DNA of 62,304 nt, the filler included, from Myxococcota bacterium (GTDB taxonomy: Bacteria > Myxococcota_C > UBA6777): the NCBI GenBank assembly GCA_023150835.1. It is 3 parts of 3 records of this genome, joined end to end, with 100 filler letters (N's around TTAATTAATTAA, not from the genome) between each part and the next. Parts side by side here need not be neighbours in the genome. Positions count along the whole stretch, not along the records: positions 15,568 to 47,080 come from JAKLKB010000151.1; 2 more parts are not named here. One strand, given 5' to 3'. A program made the position numbers and the translations under genes. Of the stretch, positions 30,432 to 42,930 are shown one piece after another. How positions within the stretch are numbered: the first letter of the stretch is position 1; each line of letters starts with the position of its first letter. Below the pieces are notes generated by a model, which was not told where the DNA came from, made no database searches, and saw only the letters and a program-made list of their open reading frames with translations.

Positions 30432-31475
30432 TAGCGGCGTCCTTTCGTGGTCGCGGGGAGTCGGGCGGGTTCGACGTTGACGTTGACGGTAGGACGGCGA
30501 AGTGCAAAGCGAAGAATGCCCCAGATCAAGGCAGCGACGACAAGCGAAACGCCCGTATAAAGCGCGATTTTCTTGATCTGATCGATGGCAGTGTTCGCGG
30601 TGTTTTTCAGGTCTTGACTGAGCTTGTTCGGATCGATCCCCGCTCCTTTGAGGCCATTCTGCAACGCCGATAAAAGGGATTTTCCGGCCTCTTCGGTGAT
30701 CTTTGTGATCCCCTGTCCAGTCGAGTGCGACAAGCGCCCGATGATTCCGGGGTCTTTGCTTTCGATCTGCTTCCACTCTTCATCGGTGACGCCAAGCGCA
30801 AGGCCCATCCATGCCTGATCGAAGGCGTGGGCTGTCCCCCATAGGCGTTAGGTTAAGCGCTTGTTGGCCCCCCCACCCCAGCCCTCCCCCGTGAACAGGG
30901 GAGGGAGCGAAAGTCGGAAGCAGCGGGGATTTTGTTTTTTCATGACACACGCTGTATGCACGACGCGCAGACGCTTTTCCACCTTAACAAGGCGCGTATG
31001 GGGCTGTCCCCCACAGATTGCTCCAAAATCCGCGATAGGTTTTACGCCAATCTTGGATCGACACGTCGACATTGATGTTGTTCATCCACGAGATATCGTC
31101 TGGCTCCCCGTCCCCGTCGTAGTCGGTGGTTTCAGACTTTGCGAGTTCGCGTAAGAGTCGTTGAAGCGAACCACCCCAACCCAACAAAAAGCGTTGTAAG
31201 AAAAGGGCTTTTTTGTAGGGAATCTCGACGTAAGCAGTGCTTTCCTTGGTGCCTTCTTTCGCTTCGGGCAGAAACTTGAGAAACACTTCGGCGCGCTCGT
31301 CGATGTCTCCGCGACTTCGCAGCGCCTTGATCACTTCGCGCAGCGCGTTGATGTCGCCTTTCGCGGTGACAAGGTAGTAGGGTTTGCCAAGCGAGCGATC
31401 AGCCTCTTCGTTGCGAAGATCTCCGACAAAATCGAAGAGAATGCCTTTTTGTTGGACGGCGTTGGTGGCGGTCAT
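30431..31475 (-). pseudogene. 290-aa C-terminally anchored protein split by a MITE insertion
   Basis: Removing 172 bp between the direct repeats at 30829-30841 and 31001-31013 restores GFWSNLWGTAHAFDQAWMGLALG in frame; TM IALYTGVSLVVAALIWGIL. Confidence 0.85.
30838..31002. mobile_element. MITE family A, complete 165-bp copy with a 7-bp target duplication
   Basis: Imperfect TIRs CCCATAGGCGTTAGGTTAAG / CCCATACGCGCCTTGTTAAG; gctgtcc at 30831-30837 and 31003-31009; internal GC hairpin ccctcccc..ggggaggg. Confidence 0.85.
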
Positions 31476-31786
31476 GGCGTTTCCTTGGTGAAGAAAGGTT
31501 TGATCAAGGCCCAAAGGATAGCGGCGATGGTTCCGCCGATGGCGAGGTAGTCCACGTTGCGCTGAGAGAGAGGCTGGATGATGTCGAAGTAGCGCACGAT
31601 CATTCCGCGCACTTCGCCGCTGGTTTCGACGAAATGGGCGTCTGTTGGTAGATGGACTTCCAGTTCGTCCCAATGCACAAAGGGCGCACTCTCCCAACGC
31701 GAAGAGACCGTCACGCGGGGTTTATTGCGTCGGCTGGAGTACACCAACCAGCGGCGCGTCGGAGGTTCATACGCCGAGTACAACAT
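31472..31786 (-). CDS. 104-aa protein with C-terminal TM anchor (MLYSAYEP...LPTDAHFV...RGMIV)
   Basis: TGATG and ATGA overlaps with both neighbours; YLAIGGTIAAILWALIK. Confidence 0.7.
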   Translation of the reverse strand: MLYSAYEPPTRRWLVYSSRRNKPRVTVSSRWESAPFVHWDELEVHLPTDAHFVETSGEVRGMIVRYFDIIQPLSQRNVDYLAIGGTIAAILWALIKPFFTKETP

Positions 31787-32397
31787 CACGCGGCCTTTGC
31801 TGCTTGTTGGCGTTTGTAGAGATACACGCCGAGGGCGGTTGCGAGGGTTGTGGCGACGGCCCCTGCGAGATACTTGCCCCAATGCCGTTGAAAATGACTG
31901 CTGCTTGTGGTGCGGATAGCCTTTTTCTTGGCGGCAGATTGGGCGGCTGCGAACTTGGCTGCGTTGGCTTGGGCGGCAAGTTGCGCTTGGCGCTGGAGAG
32001 CCGCTGCTTCTGTGGTACTTTTGGCTTGGGCGATCTTGAGCACGAGTTCTTGTTGCTGCCGTTGGGCATCGGCTTGGAGCGCCGCAACTCCGACTTTGGC
32101 CCCACCCGTAAAGAGAGCATCCAACCCCTTGGACAAGGCATCTGCCCAATCTGCGCCGCTTTCTTCATCGCTGTCATCATCATCCCCAGCGAGAGAACCC
32201 TCTGCACAACGGCAAAGGTAATTCACGCGCCGTTGGTTGGAGTAACCCATCTCAGATGCATAAGATTTTGCCATCTGAAGCAGCTCAAGGGTCTTGGGGG
32301 ATTCGAGGGGCATCTGAGAGATATGCTGCAAGGCCACAGCGCGAACATGTTCGCTTGGATAGGCCAAGGCTTGCTCAATGGTGTGAATGGCTCGCAC
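31786..32397 (-). CDS. Ala/Gln-rich coiled-coil protein with C-terminal TM anchor
   Basis: GTG start with aagga SD; YLAGAVATTLATALGVYLYKR. Confidence 0.7.
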   Translation of the reverse strand: MRAIHTIEQALAYPSEHVRAVALQHISQMPLESPKTLELLQMAKSYASEMGYSNQRRVNYLCRCAEGSLAGDDDDSDEESGADWADALSKGLDALFTGGAKVGVAALQADAQRQQQELVLKIAQAKSTTEAAALQRQAQLAAQANAAKFAAAQSAAKKKAIRTTSSSHFQRHWGKYLAGAVATTLATALGVYLYKRQQAAKAA

Positions 32398-32992
32398 GGC
32401 GAGTTCCTTTCTTTTTCTTCATTTGCTTTGCGGGGAGGCGTCGGAAGGGGTCGATGATGAGGGCGACGTGGATGCGCTTGCACATCTCTTTGGCTCGCTT
32501 GCCAAGACTTGGATCGACGGCAACCCATCGCCCATGATGGCCGTCGATGGCGGGTTGATAGGCTTGTGCAAAGACGTGTTGATAGCGAGGTCGCCCGTTG
32601 GTCTTTTCGGGAGGTTGGTAGCCAGCAAGCACAAGGTAGGATTGGACGCCCAAGGCCCACAACATCGCAAGTGTGAGGCTCGCAAAGCTGTCGCAGTCTT
32701 CGAGAACGGACTCACCCGCAAGCAAACGGGTGTAGATCCGCTCAGGACTGTAGTGTAGCTCAATGCCCTTGGGGTCGCGGATGTAGGTGACTTTCTCCGA
32801 AACAAAGGCATGGACGGCAGCGATCCGTGAACGCACTGAGTGTCCCAAGTCCTCATGTTCGGGAATGGCTTGCTCCACAAGCAATCGACACTCGTTGACG
32901 TATGCCAAGTTGTGTTGGAACCGCAGCGCAGATGCCGCGATCCGTAGACCTGTTTGGATGGGGTTGACCCGCTCGACGCGCTCTACTTCCAT
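32375..32992 (-). CDS. Transglutaminase-like (papain-fold) Cys-His-Asp enzyme
   Basis: VTYIRDP, EDCDSFA (Cys), YQHVF (His), WVAVDPS (Asp); SD aggaga. Confidence 0.85.
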   Translation of the reverse strand: MEVERVERVNPIQTGLRIAASALRFQHNLAYVNECRLLVEQAIPEHEDLGHSVRSRIAAVHAFVSEKVTYIRDPKGIELHYSPERIYTRLLAGESVLEDCDSFASLTLAMLWALGVQSYLVLAGYQPPEKTNGRPRYQHVFAQAYQPAIDGHHGRWVAVDPSLGKRAKEMCKRIHVALIIDPFRRLPAKQMKKKKGTRRASHSHH

Positions 32993-33232
32993 ACTCTCCT
33001 CCTGAGTGGAGGCCGCGTATGATAGGGGGGAGCGTTCGAGGTTTGTGGAGCGGATCGAGTGAACAAAGAAGCGGCGCTTTTCGTGAGGCACCTGAAGAAC
33101 GGCTTTGGTAGCATTAAGCGTTCTACACAGAACGAACTCTCAGCGACCATCGCTGTACAAATTTCTCAGCGTTAGTATCGTCTTTTCGGAGACAAGCCGC
33201 AGATGAGACCAAAGACAAAAAGGATTCCTTGC

Positions 33233-33346
33233 ATGGCAAAGTACACATACCCCCGCCAACCAATACATCCAGGCGTTATCCTGAAGGAGCGGACGGACGA
33301 TTACGGTGTGGGCGTGTCAGACGTCGCATCCTCGTTGAGCGTGTAG
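33233..33346 (+). pseudogene. higA: Truncated HigA-family HTH antitoxin (37 aa)
   Basis: MAKYTYPRQPIHPGVILKERTDDYGVGVSDVASSLSV* matches the HigA N-terminus (PxHPGxIL); the stop codon lies inside a REP. Confidence 0.65.
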
Positions 33347-33426
33347 GGGCGTATTGCATACGCCCTTGCCCCATCCTCGGGGGTTTTTCTCGTTCTATTC
33401 GATCACGCAATATGCGGATTTCGTAT
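33343..33426 (+). repeat. GTAG-type REP hairpin with a family B right end
   Basis: GTAGGGGCGTATTGCATACGCCC at 33343-33365; ends gcggatttcgtat like the copies at 51160 and 61154. Confidence 0.65.
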
Positions 33427-33562
33427 TACGAGCGTTCTGCGTGATGGATTTCTTTCATTTTACACTGATGTCTCTTTTCTTTTACACAATGGACACTTTT
33501 TATGCTAAATATCCAACGATACTTTCGCAAAGATAAATTTCTACTTCTTGCAAGGAGTTCGA

Positions 33563-36500
33563 ATGACATCTCTTCTACAACCAAGAGTGTATGGTTATAT
33601 CTCTCGCTCAGATCAGAACCCTGCACAAGTTTGGGTGCGAGTTTATGATCGGAAGCTTCGAGAAGAACGATTGCTTGGAGAAACTTCTACCACAGCTCTT
33701 GGTTTGTACGAGATCTCTTATGAACTTGCGGGATTTTCCGCGCATGAAGAGGGAATCGCCGATCTTGTTGTGCGCGTCTTTCAAACGGAAACATCGCCGA
33801 GTCCTCTGATCAGTTCGGAGACCCACTTTCGAGCTTCTTACAACGAACGTATCGATCTCCAGATCCCACAGGTTCCGACGCTTTCGATGTTTTCATTTCT
33901 CGAACAAAAAGCACAGCCTTTCCTTACAGAAGCGTCACTTGCTGGACCACAGTTCTTACTGGATGACGATCTGTCCTTTCTTTCGGGGCGTCTGGGATTG
34001 GCAGCCTCTACTTTTGAGGCTTGGCGCTGGAGTTATCAGCAAGATCTCTCAGGGGTCTCGATCCCTCCGATGTGCTTCTATGCTTGGAGCCAACAAGGAC
34101 TTCCTCAAACTCTTTCAGTTTTACTACAACAAAGTCCACAAGAACTCGAATTCACCTTACGACAAGCTGTCGCACAACAGCAGATTCCCTCCGAGATCGT
34201 GGAGCAGATCCCCGCGTTGATGAGCGGACTTTTGCCTGTGCAAATCAACTCGTTGCTCAACGAACCAAACAAGCCCGAAGTGGCTGCGATCGTCGGCTTT
34301 ATGGAATGGATTGAAGTGGGCATCGCAGATCGAGAGATCTTTGCCCAAACCTATCTCCAACACCAAACGTTGGGAGATGCGCTTTGGCTTGATTTACAAG
34401 AGAATCCGGAGTTTCGAGGAGATCTCGAAGTCCTTCAATTTGCCTCCATACTTCAAGGTGTTTGTGAATCCAAGCTCCAGCTTCTTGAACAAGTGTGGAC
34501 AGAGCATGCCCAAAATCTCGTCGAGATGGCTCAGATGAACGTGCAGCAATGGCGGGACTGCCTTGTCTTTGCGGAACTTCCTTCTTCAATCTCAGATGTT
34601 TTGGTCGTCATGGATCGTGTAGAAGATACTGTTCCCACCCTTTTTGTTGCACACCAGATGGTTTTGGAAGACGCAAACTTTTCACAAGTCTTTGCCAGTA
34701 TTCTTGATCCCAACGCAACTGATCTTTTTTCGCTGAAAACGAGTTACCTCGAACAAGTTTTCACAGAACATCCCCAACTCTTCGATGGTCTTGCAAACGC
34801 TACGTCTCTTCAACAACAACTGAAGGCTACGCAGCGGCTGTATAAGCTCATCCCGCGTTATCGACATGCCAAACAACTCCTTGATGATGGACTCCATTCT
34901 GCACAAACCGTGAGCCAACTTGGGCAGAATACCTTTGTCTCACGCTACGCGGAAGATCTTGGTAGCGAGGCGCTCGCCTTGGAGGTTTACCAACGAGCGG
35001 AATCCATCACTGAAACATCTTACCTTCTTCTTGGACAGTTTCATGAGACACTAACGAACCAACGCTTGCCTTCGGTCTCTTCAGGGATCCCGACTCCCCC
35101 CGTAGAGATCCCGAATTGGTCATCCTTGTTTGGGCATTTTGATCTTTGTGCGTGTGCTTCTTGCCAGTCCATGACAAGCCCAGCGGCTTACTTTACTGAC
35201 CTTCTCCACTTTTTTTCATTTCGTAAGAATTCTCCGTCTTCGCCTTCTGCGGAAGAAGTCTTGTTGTCTCGGCGTCCAGACCTTGGAGAGATCGAGCTAA
35301 GTTGCCAAAATACGCACACAAAGATGCTCGCGATCGACCTACTCAACGAGGTCTTAGAAGATCTGCTTGTGCCTCCACCTGCCTTTTCTCCGCCTTCTTC
35401 TGTCGCCTCAAACAGTGATCTCCTTGGCACTCTCGGGCAAAGCAAGCTTCCTTCCTCTTTGGTCTCTGCGTTTGGGCTTGATGAGAGGGATCTTGTGGAA
35501 GTGGTTGTCCCCAAAACAACATGGCGCATCCATACTTCGGCATTCAGTTATTTGCTTGAACATGACAGTGACGCGGGAACTTTGCAACTGACAAAACGCA
35601 GTCGGCAAACCTACGGCGAAGAAAGCGCTTTGCGTATCCACCCAAGCTATCTCAATACGAACGCTTACGCACAGATGAAGGCGTCGAACTATCCATGGGA
35701 CGGGTGTTTTGATTTGTGGGAAGAGACCTCTCGCGTGTTCTTACAGCGTCTTGTTGTACAGCACCATGAACTTCGCCAAGCGTTCCAAGAGCCAATCCAA
35801 GATCTCTCATGCCATTTTCTTTTTACGCAGGAGCAAACAGCGCGATCTTACTTGAAGATCAACGAGTACGAAGCTCTGATCCTTCAAGGAACGAGTGGGG
35901 CCGCGCTCTTTGAGCTTTGGGGGCTGGAAAGTGCAGGGGATGTGGATTCTTTGGACAATCTGGCTATTTTGCTTGAAAGATCCGGGATTTCGTATCAAAA
36001 GCTCCAAGACTTACTTCAAACGCGTACGCTGAATCCCACGCGCTCGATCTCCATCGTTGGCCAAGATCCAAATGACCCGAATGATCTGGATGATCCTGCG
36101 ACGTGCGATCTCGCAAAGTTGTACCTCGCGGGTTATTCACAAGCCTTTGCTGCAAAGTTTGTGCGGTTTGTTCGACTCCAAAGAAAGTTGTCCTGGACAG
36201 CAAGAGAACTCGACCTTGCGTTGGAGATCTTTGCACCTCAGTTGCCAGAAGCACAAGCCACACTGTTTCAAGAGCTTGCTTGCGTGGACTTTCTCTCGAA
36301 AAGGTTGAAACTCTCAGTAGAAGAAGTTTGTCTTTTTTGGGGCGATTTTTCCTTGGAAGGAGAGAAGACGCTCTACCACAAGTTGTTTTTGGAACCGAGC
36401 CAAAGCTATCCGCTTGCCATCTCTTTCTCGCCTGTCGTGACGGTCTCTTCACTGCAACCATCGTTTCATACGACAACGCTTTCTGTGCTGGATGCACTCT

Positions 36501-39500
36501 CGCAAGCCACACTGTTGCGCTCTCTCCATCTCCAAGAAGACGAGCTTTTGTTGATCTTTCCCAACGGATCTCCGCAAGCGACCAACACAACGTTAAGCAC
36601 GTTGGCAAGGCTTGGGATCTTGGCTCGTTCTTTGGGGCTTTCAGCAACTTCTTTGTTACAACTCAAAGATCTCCTTGGACTCGATCCTTTTGACACGAAT
36701 GATCTCCACCAAGCCATGCGTTTTGTGTACGTGGCTGAAACACTTCGAGAACTTGGGATCTCGGTGGATGCGTTTCGCTATCTTGCAAGGGGCGAAGGAT
36801 TCGCGTTTTTTGGAATCCGCGATGAAGAGGTCGCAAACTTTCTCCAACCACTTCGTTTGGCCCTGCGCGCCGTGAACGAAGCTTATACTTTGGGAGAAAT
36901 GGAACATCGAGCGGTTGTTCAGAGCGGGCGAGAACAGCTTGTTTCGCTGATGTGGTCTTCAAGGTTTGTGGATCGACTCCTCCAACATTTGGACGATCAG
37001 GCAGCCTACCACGTCTCGCTTGCTGAACTCCCAGCAGGCTATGTGTTCCCTGCCACGCTCCAAGAACAGATTCACTATTCCACCGACACACAGACACTTT
37101 CTTTTCAAGGTGTGATGTCGGCGAGCCAGAAAGCCATCTTGGATGCCAGTACATCCAACAACCCTTTACTGAACGCTTTCCAAGTCTTGTACAACTCGGC
37201 GCGTGATCTCGTACTTCCTTGGCTCGCTCATCTCGAACCGCCCGACTGCTCGGTTGCCCTGAGTTCTTTGCCATCCTTCACGATCCCTCGTTTGTATCAA
37301 GAGCGATTTTTCTACCCTATCGGAACACAAAGACTTCACTTCATCGGGTGGATGGAGGAAAACGAGAGAGATGAGCTTTTGTCTCTGCATGCCGATGTAG
37401 GCTATCAAGCTGCGGTTCAATCGCTCTATACCGCATCTCACCAAGCCCCAAACCCAGCATTTTACACAACAAGCGAAGGAGAGGCGCTTCTCGAAGAAGA
37501 AAAAGAAGTGCGCTTGCGCTCCTTTGTCGAAAAGGTCTTCGCTTGGGGGCGTCAGAAACAAGCCCGCGCGACAGTCCTACAGCAAACGAGCCAAGCCTTT
37601 TCATTGGAACTTGATGTCACGAAGACACTTCTTTCAGTCTTGCCTTCTGTTTCTCCCGAAGTGCAGAGTGTTTTGGAGACCTTGTCTGGCTCTCGGCTTC
37701 CGCAAAGCCATGACACTCTCGCGTGGACAGAAAGCAACTTTGACGTGTTGTTTCAAGATGTCCGAAACATCGCACGCTTTACTCTTTTCATCCGCCATTT
37801 GAAACTCACGAATCCTTCGGCGCAGATGTTCCTCACGCATGGCGAAAGCAAAGGTTGGTTTTCTTTCTCTCCGCAATCTTCGCTTTCTTTGTGGTTGTCT
37901 GTGCCTAACGGACTCGCGTTGACCTCTCTCCAAAGCTCTATCTCCTCGAAAGGTTTGGAGGAGATATGGGGGGTCGCTTTTGCTGAGAACACGACAAAGG
38001 CAGCCATCCACGCTGTGCTCGTGCGTGTGATAGGCCTGACAACAAACGATCTGATGGAGTTGGATGCAGCGTTCAGCTTGGTTCTCTCGTCCTACCAAGC
38101 TCCTGAGGTATTGGAGCGACTACAAAGATGTGCCAGATTGCTTGCATCCCTCGGTGTCTCCGCGCAAACAGCGCTTTCATGGTCTCTGACCTTGTCCGAG
38201 ATGGAGACTGCCAATGCGATCAAACAGGCTGTCAGAGAGCGTTTTGGCGACGAGCGGTGGGCAGAGATTGCCACGCCTCTCCAAGATCAACTCCGCGAGC
38301 AACAGCGGGATGCTCTGGTCTCACACTTGTTAGCATCCCCTCACAAGGACGCACAGCAACAACCTCTTTGGCATCACATAGAGGGTCTTTACGCTTATCT
38401 CTTGATGGATCCGCAAATCAGTCCTTGTTTCCAAACCTCTCGACTCAAACACGCGATCAGTTCGGTGCAGTTGTTTGGGCAACGCTGCTTGTTGGGGTTG
38501 GAGTCGCAAGTGACGGCAGATAGCCAGCAAGACGATCAGTGGGAACAGTGGCCGTGGATGAAAAACTATCGTTTGTGGGAGGCCAATCGCAAAGTCTTCT
38601 TGTATCCGGAAAATTGGATCGAGCCGGAGTTGCGACCTGATAAATCGGCTTTTTTTGAAGAGCTGGAAAGCGAACTTTTGCAAAGCGAGATCACCCAGCA
38701 AAGTGCCGAAGATGCTTTGCGCCGTTATCTCGAAAAGCTCGATCAAGTGGCACGTTTGGAGATCGTTGCGTTTTACCACCAAAGAGATGCGCGGCCTCGT
38801 ACTGATATCTTGCATGTTTTTGGGCGAACGCCATCCCACCCACACGCCCACTACTACCGCCAACGTACCACAGAAGGTCGTTGGCTCCCTTGGGAACGCC
38901 TTGATCTCGATATCCAAAGCGAACATCTGCTTCCCGTTTTCTGGAACCAACGCCTTTGTTTGTTTTGGCCGACCTTTGCTGCTATGCCAACCGCCCCAAA
39001 AGAGCCTGCTTCCAACAATGGACTGACTTCGAAGTATTGGGAAGTTGAGTTTCAATGGAGCGAAAGAAGCGGAAAGACTTGGGGGCCTGCTCGTAAGGCC
39101 AACGAAAAACTGGTTCTTCTCCAAGAGAGCGGAACTGCTCAACCGGGTTCCTTTGATCCACAAAGCTATGTTTTCTACGTAGAACCCGACGGGATAGACT
39201 TGGCGATCCTTTATGCACATCGACAATATGCATTGAAATACGATATTTATGCTTTACTTCTTACACCAAATGGGAGTTCCTTTAGGAAGAAAAAAACGTT
39301 CAATCTGAGTCAAAGCCCTTTGAATTTCCGCAATTTCCCCAACACAAGAGAGTACGCCAACCGACTTATCGAAGATCTCTACGACCCATCTTCCGAAGGG
39401 TGGAGCGCCTCAGTGGTCACTTCGACCGCGAAAGGCAAGCCTGTTGAAATGCGGAAGACCTCGGAAGAACGGCGGCAAAACTCCTCTCCTTTTGTGCTGT

Positions 39501-42500
39501 TCCAACGTACCTCGCAAGTGGGCCGTCCTCCCTATCAATTGGTCTTTGGTGCGGATCAATTTCTTTACGATGCAAGCCCACGCGTTCAAGGGTTTCTTTT
39601 TGATGCGCCCGTGTTTTTCCAAGATGATCGTTGCACTTTTCTTCTTACACCAAAACAATCGCTCTCTTACACATCGACGAGAGATGAAAACAACCAACCG
39701 ATCACTTTCGAAAACATCGAAAAAGAAGGATATCAACTCGACTTTTTCTATCATCCTTGGTCAAAGCTTTTTCTTCGGGAGCTTCGCGCACGCGGATTGA
39801 AGGGCCTCTTTCATCGAGAGTTGCAATCCACTCCTACATCATACCCTCATACGGAAGTTCTCGACGTTGTCGCTTCTTACACGCCAACAAAGCGACTCGT
39901 GACGAAGGATGCCTTTGGAGATCCGTTGAGCTTTGACGAAGAAGTCAGTTTTCGACGCGAAGATGTCTACGCTTTTTACAACTGGGAGCTTTTCTTCCAC
40001 GCGCCTTTGTTGATCGCAGAACAGTTGCGGCGGAACCAACGTTTTGCAGAAGCCCAAGCATGGTACCATGCAATCTTTCGCCCCACCGATTCTTCGGGCT
40101 TTTCTGCACCTTCTCGTTACTGGCAAACCAAAGCTTTCTTCGAGGAATCTTCTGGAACACCAAACTTCTCGATTCAGTCGCTGCTACAACAGTTTGCACA
40201 AGGAAAAAGCCTTCCAGCCCTAGAAAATCAAATCAAACAGTGGCGGGCGAATCCCTATCAGCCCCATCTCATCGCGGAATTACGTACCTCTGCGTATATG
40301 AAGACGGTGGTGATGAAGTACATCGACAATCTCTTGGACTGGGGCGATCAATTGTTCCGCCAAGAAACCATCGAAAGCCTTAACGAAGCCGCGCAACTCT
40401 ACATCTTGGCGTCGGAGTTGTTGGGGCCTCGCCCCCAAGTCCTACCTCCCCAAAATAAGCCACAAACGCAGACGTACAACAGCATCAAACCCTCCCTGGA
40501 TGCTTTCTCAAACGCAATGGTTGAGATCGAACATCTTGTTCCTTATCAAGAAACGATCCCACAAAACGGAAGTGTCGCATCGTCGTTTGTCCAATCAAAA
40601 ACACGTTCTCCGATGCCTTCGTTGCCCAAAGTTCTTTCTTTTTGTCTCCCCATAAATGAGCATTTAGCCGGTTACTGGGACCGTTTGGAAGATCGACTCT
40701 TTAAACTGCGGCACTGTATGGATCTTGAAGGTCGGGTGCGCCAGCTACCTTTGTTTGCGCCTCCCATCGATCCCAGCATTCTTGTTCGCGCAGCAGCAAC
40801 AGGTGTAGATATCGGCGAGGCTCTTCACGACACCCACGCAGCGTTGGCTCCCTACCGTTTTGTTTTCTTGCTTGGAAAAGCCCAATCGTTGTGTGCTGAG
40901 GTGCGGCAACTCGGCGAAAAGATCTTGTCTTCTCTGGAGAAAAAAGATGCCGAAGAACTCTCGTTGCTGCGGGCAAATCAAGAAAAGCAATCCCTCGAAC
41001 GCTATCGACAAGTGCGACAGCTTCAAGTTGAGGAAGCAAAAACGGCCCTCGAAAGCCTCCAAAAAACCCGTGACGTCATCCAAGCGCGTTTGGACTACTA
41101 CCAGTCTTTGGAAAAGATCAGTCCCAACGAGCGCACAAACGTGGAAAAGTTAAAACAGGCGCAAGAATACAGCTCTATCGCACAATATATCCAGATGGGG
41201 ATCTCCATCCTGCACGCCTTTCCCAACTTCACTTTTGAGGTGGGCTTATCTCCCACGTTCGCTTCGACTTGGGGAGGAAGCAACATCGGCTCTTCTGCAC
41301 AAGCTGTCGCTACTTTTTTTCAGGCCCAGGCCTCCCATGCAAGCCATGAAGCCGCGATGGCTTCGATTGAAGGTGGACACCAACGTCGTTGGGAGGAGTG
41401 GAAGCAACAAGAGAAACTTGCTGAGAAAGAGCTTGCACAAGTGGAAAAGCAAATCGCTGCTGCAGATCTGCGACTTGCTATCGTAGAGAAAGAGTTGGAA
41501 CAGCACGAGCGGCAAATCAAAAACGCCGAGACCATCGAGGCTTTTCTGCAGGACAAATACACGAACAAAGAGTTGTATCGTTGGATGACAGGACAACTCT
41601 CGAATCTCTACTTCCAGACTTACCAGTTGGCTTATGAGATGTCCAAGCGGGCCGAACGCGCCTACCATTTTGAAGTCGAGACCCAAGAAAAGATGGTGCA
41701 GTTCGGCCATTGGGATCACCTCAAACAAGGTCTTCTTAGCGGTGAACGCTTGGCCCATGACCTGCATCGTATGGAGTCTCGCTATCTTGAACAGCACAAA
41801 CGCACGTTCGAGTTGACCAAACGCATCTCTCTTGCGTCCCTTTCTCCCGCTGCTTTGTTGCAACTCAAGCAAGAAGGGGCTTGTTGGATCGAACTTCCCG
41901 AAGTGTTGTTTGATCTCGATTTCCCCGGCCACTTTATGCGCCGTATCAAGACGCTTCAGGTCACGATCCCCTGTGTGACGGGCCCTTACACGCAAGTCAA
42001 CGCAACGCTGACCCTTCACAAGCATACCATCCGCCACCGCAAAGACAGCACGGGTGATTACGCACGCCAGTCCGAGGAAGATGCGCGCTTTACGGATCGT
42101 TTCGAGGTCACTTCCATTGCGATCAGCCGTGGTCAGGAAGATGGTGGGATGTTTGAAACCAATCTACGCGATGAACGCTATCTTCCTTTCGAGGGGGCGG
42201 GCGTGATCAGTCGCTGGCGTTTGGAAATGCCCACGCCCTATCGCGCTTTCGATTACAACAGCATCTCTGATGTGGTCTTGACCTTGCTCTACACCGCACG
42301 GGATGGGGGAGAACTCCTCAAGCAAAAAGCCCTCGCATCTCTGGATGCTTCTGTCAACGCCATCGCGCAAGCGATCCAAGAAAGCGGCATGTTACGTAGC
42401 TTGAGCCTCAAACAAGAAGCTGGCACCGCATTCCACGCTTTTCTTCATACACCCTTGAGTGGGAATATGGCCCATAACACGACCTTTTCGATAGGGCGTG

Positions 42501-42846
42501 AACACTTTCCCCACCTCTTCCAACACAAGGAGCTCTTGTTGAAACGCGTCTCCCTCTTGGTTGCTTTTCGTGACAAGGAAGCTGGCCAGCTGGGGAGTTC
42601 TCTCTTTACGTTGCGTCTGGCCCGTACTGCGGAAGGAAATGGACAGTCGATCGCTCTGACCCAAACCAGTGGTCTGGCTGGACTCCCGGTGCTCTTGCAA
42701 CACAAGAGACATGGAGATTGTGGGCTGACACCAACGCTCTGTCCTCGTTGCCGAGTTCCTTCCTCACCGCAGAAGGGCAACTCAAACCCGAAGTGGTCGA
42801 AGATATCATCCTTTTGCTTCACTACCAGATCGACACCACAAATTAA
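33563..42846 (+). CDS. Tc toxin complex subunit A-like protein (~3100 aa; frameshift near 42685)
   Basis: CxCxxCxSxxSPAAYFTDLL, RRPDLGEIELSC, YRLWEANRKVFLYPENWIEPELR, YNWELFFHAP, DERYLPFEGAG; the conserved tail VEDIILLLHY lies in another frame ending at 42846. Confidence 0.9.
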
Positions 42847-42930
42847 AAGGCCGAAATCCTAGAAAAAGACTTGCTCTGTCGAGAAGAAAGCCTAGCTTTC
42901 AGAGACTTTTCTCACAAAGGATTCGTGTGG

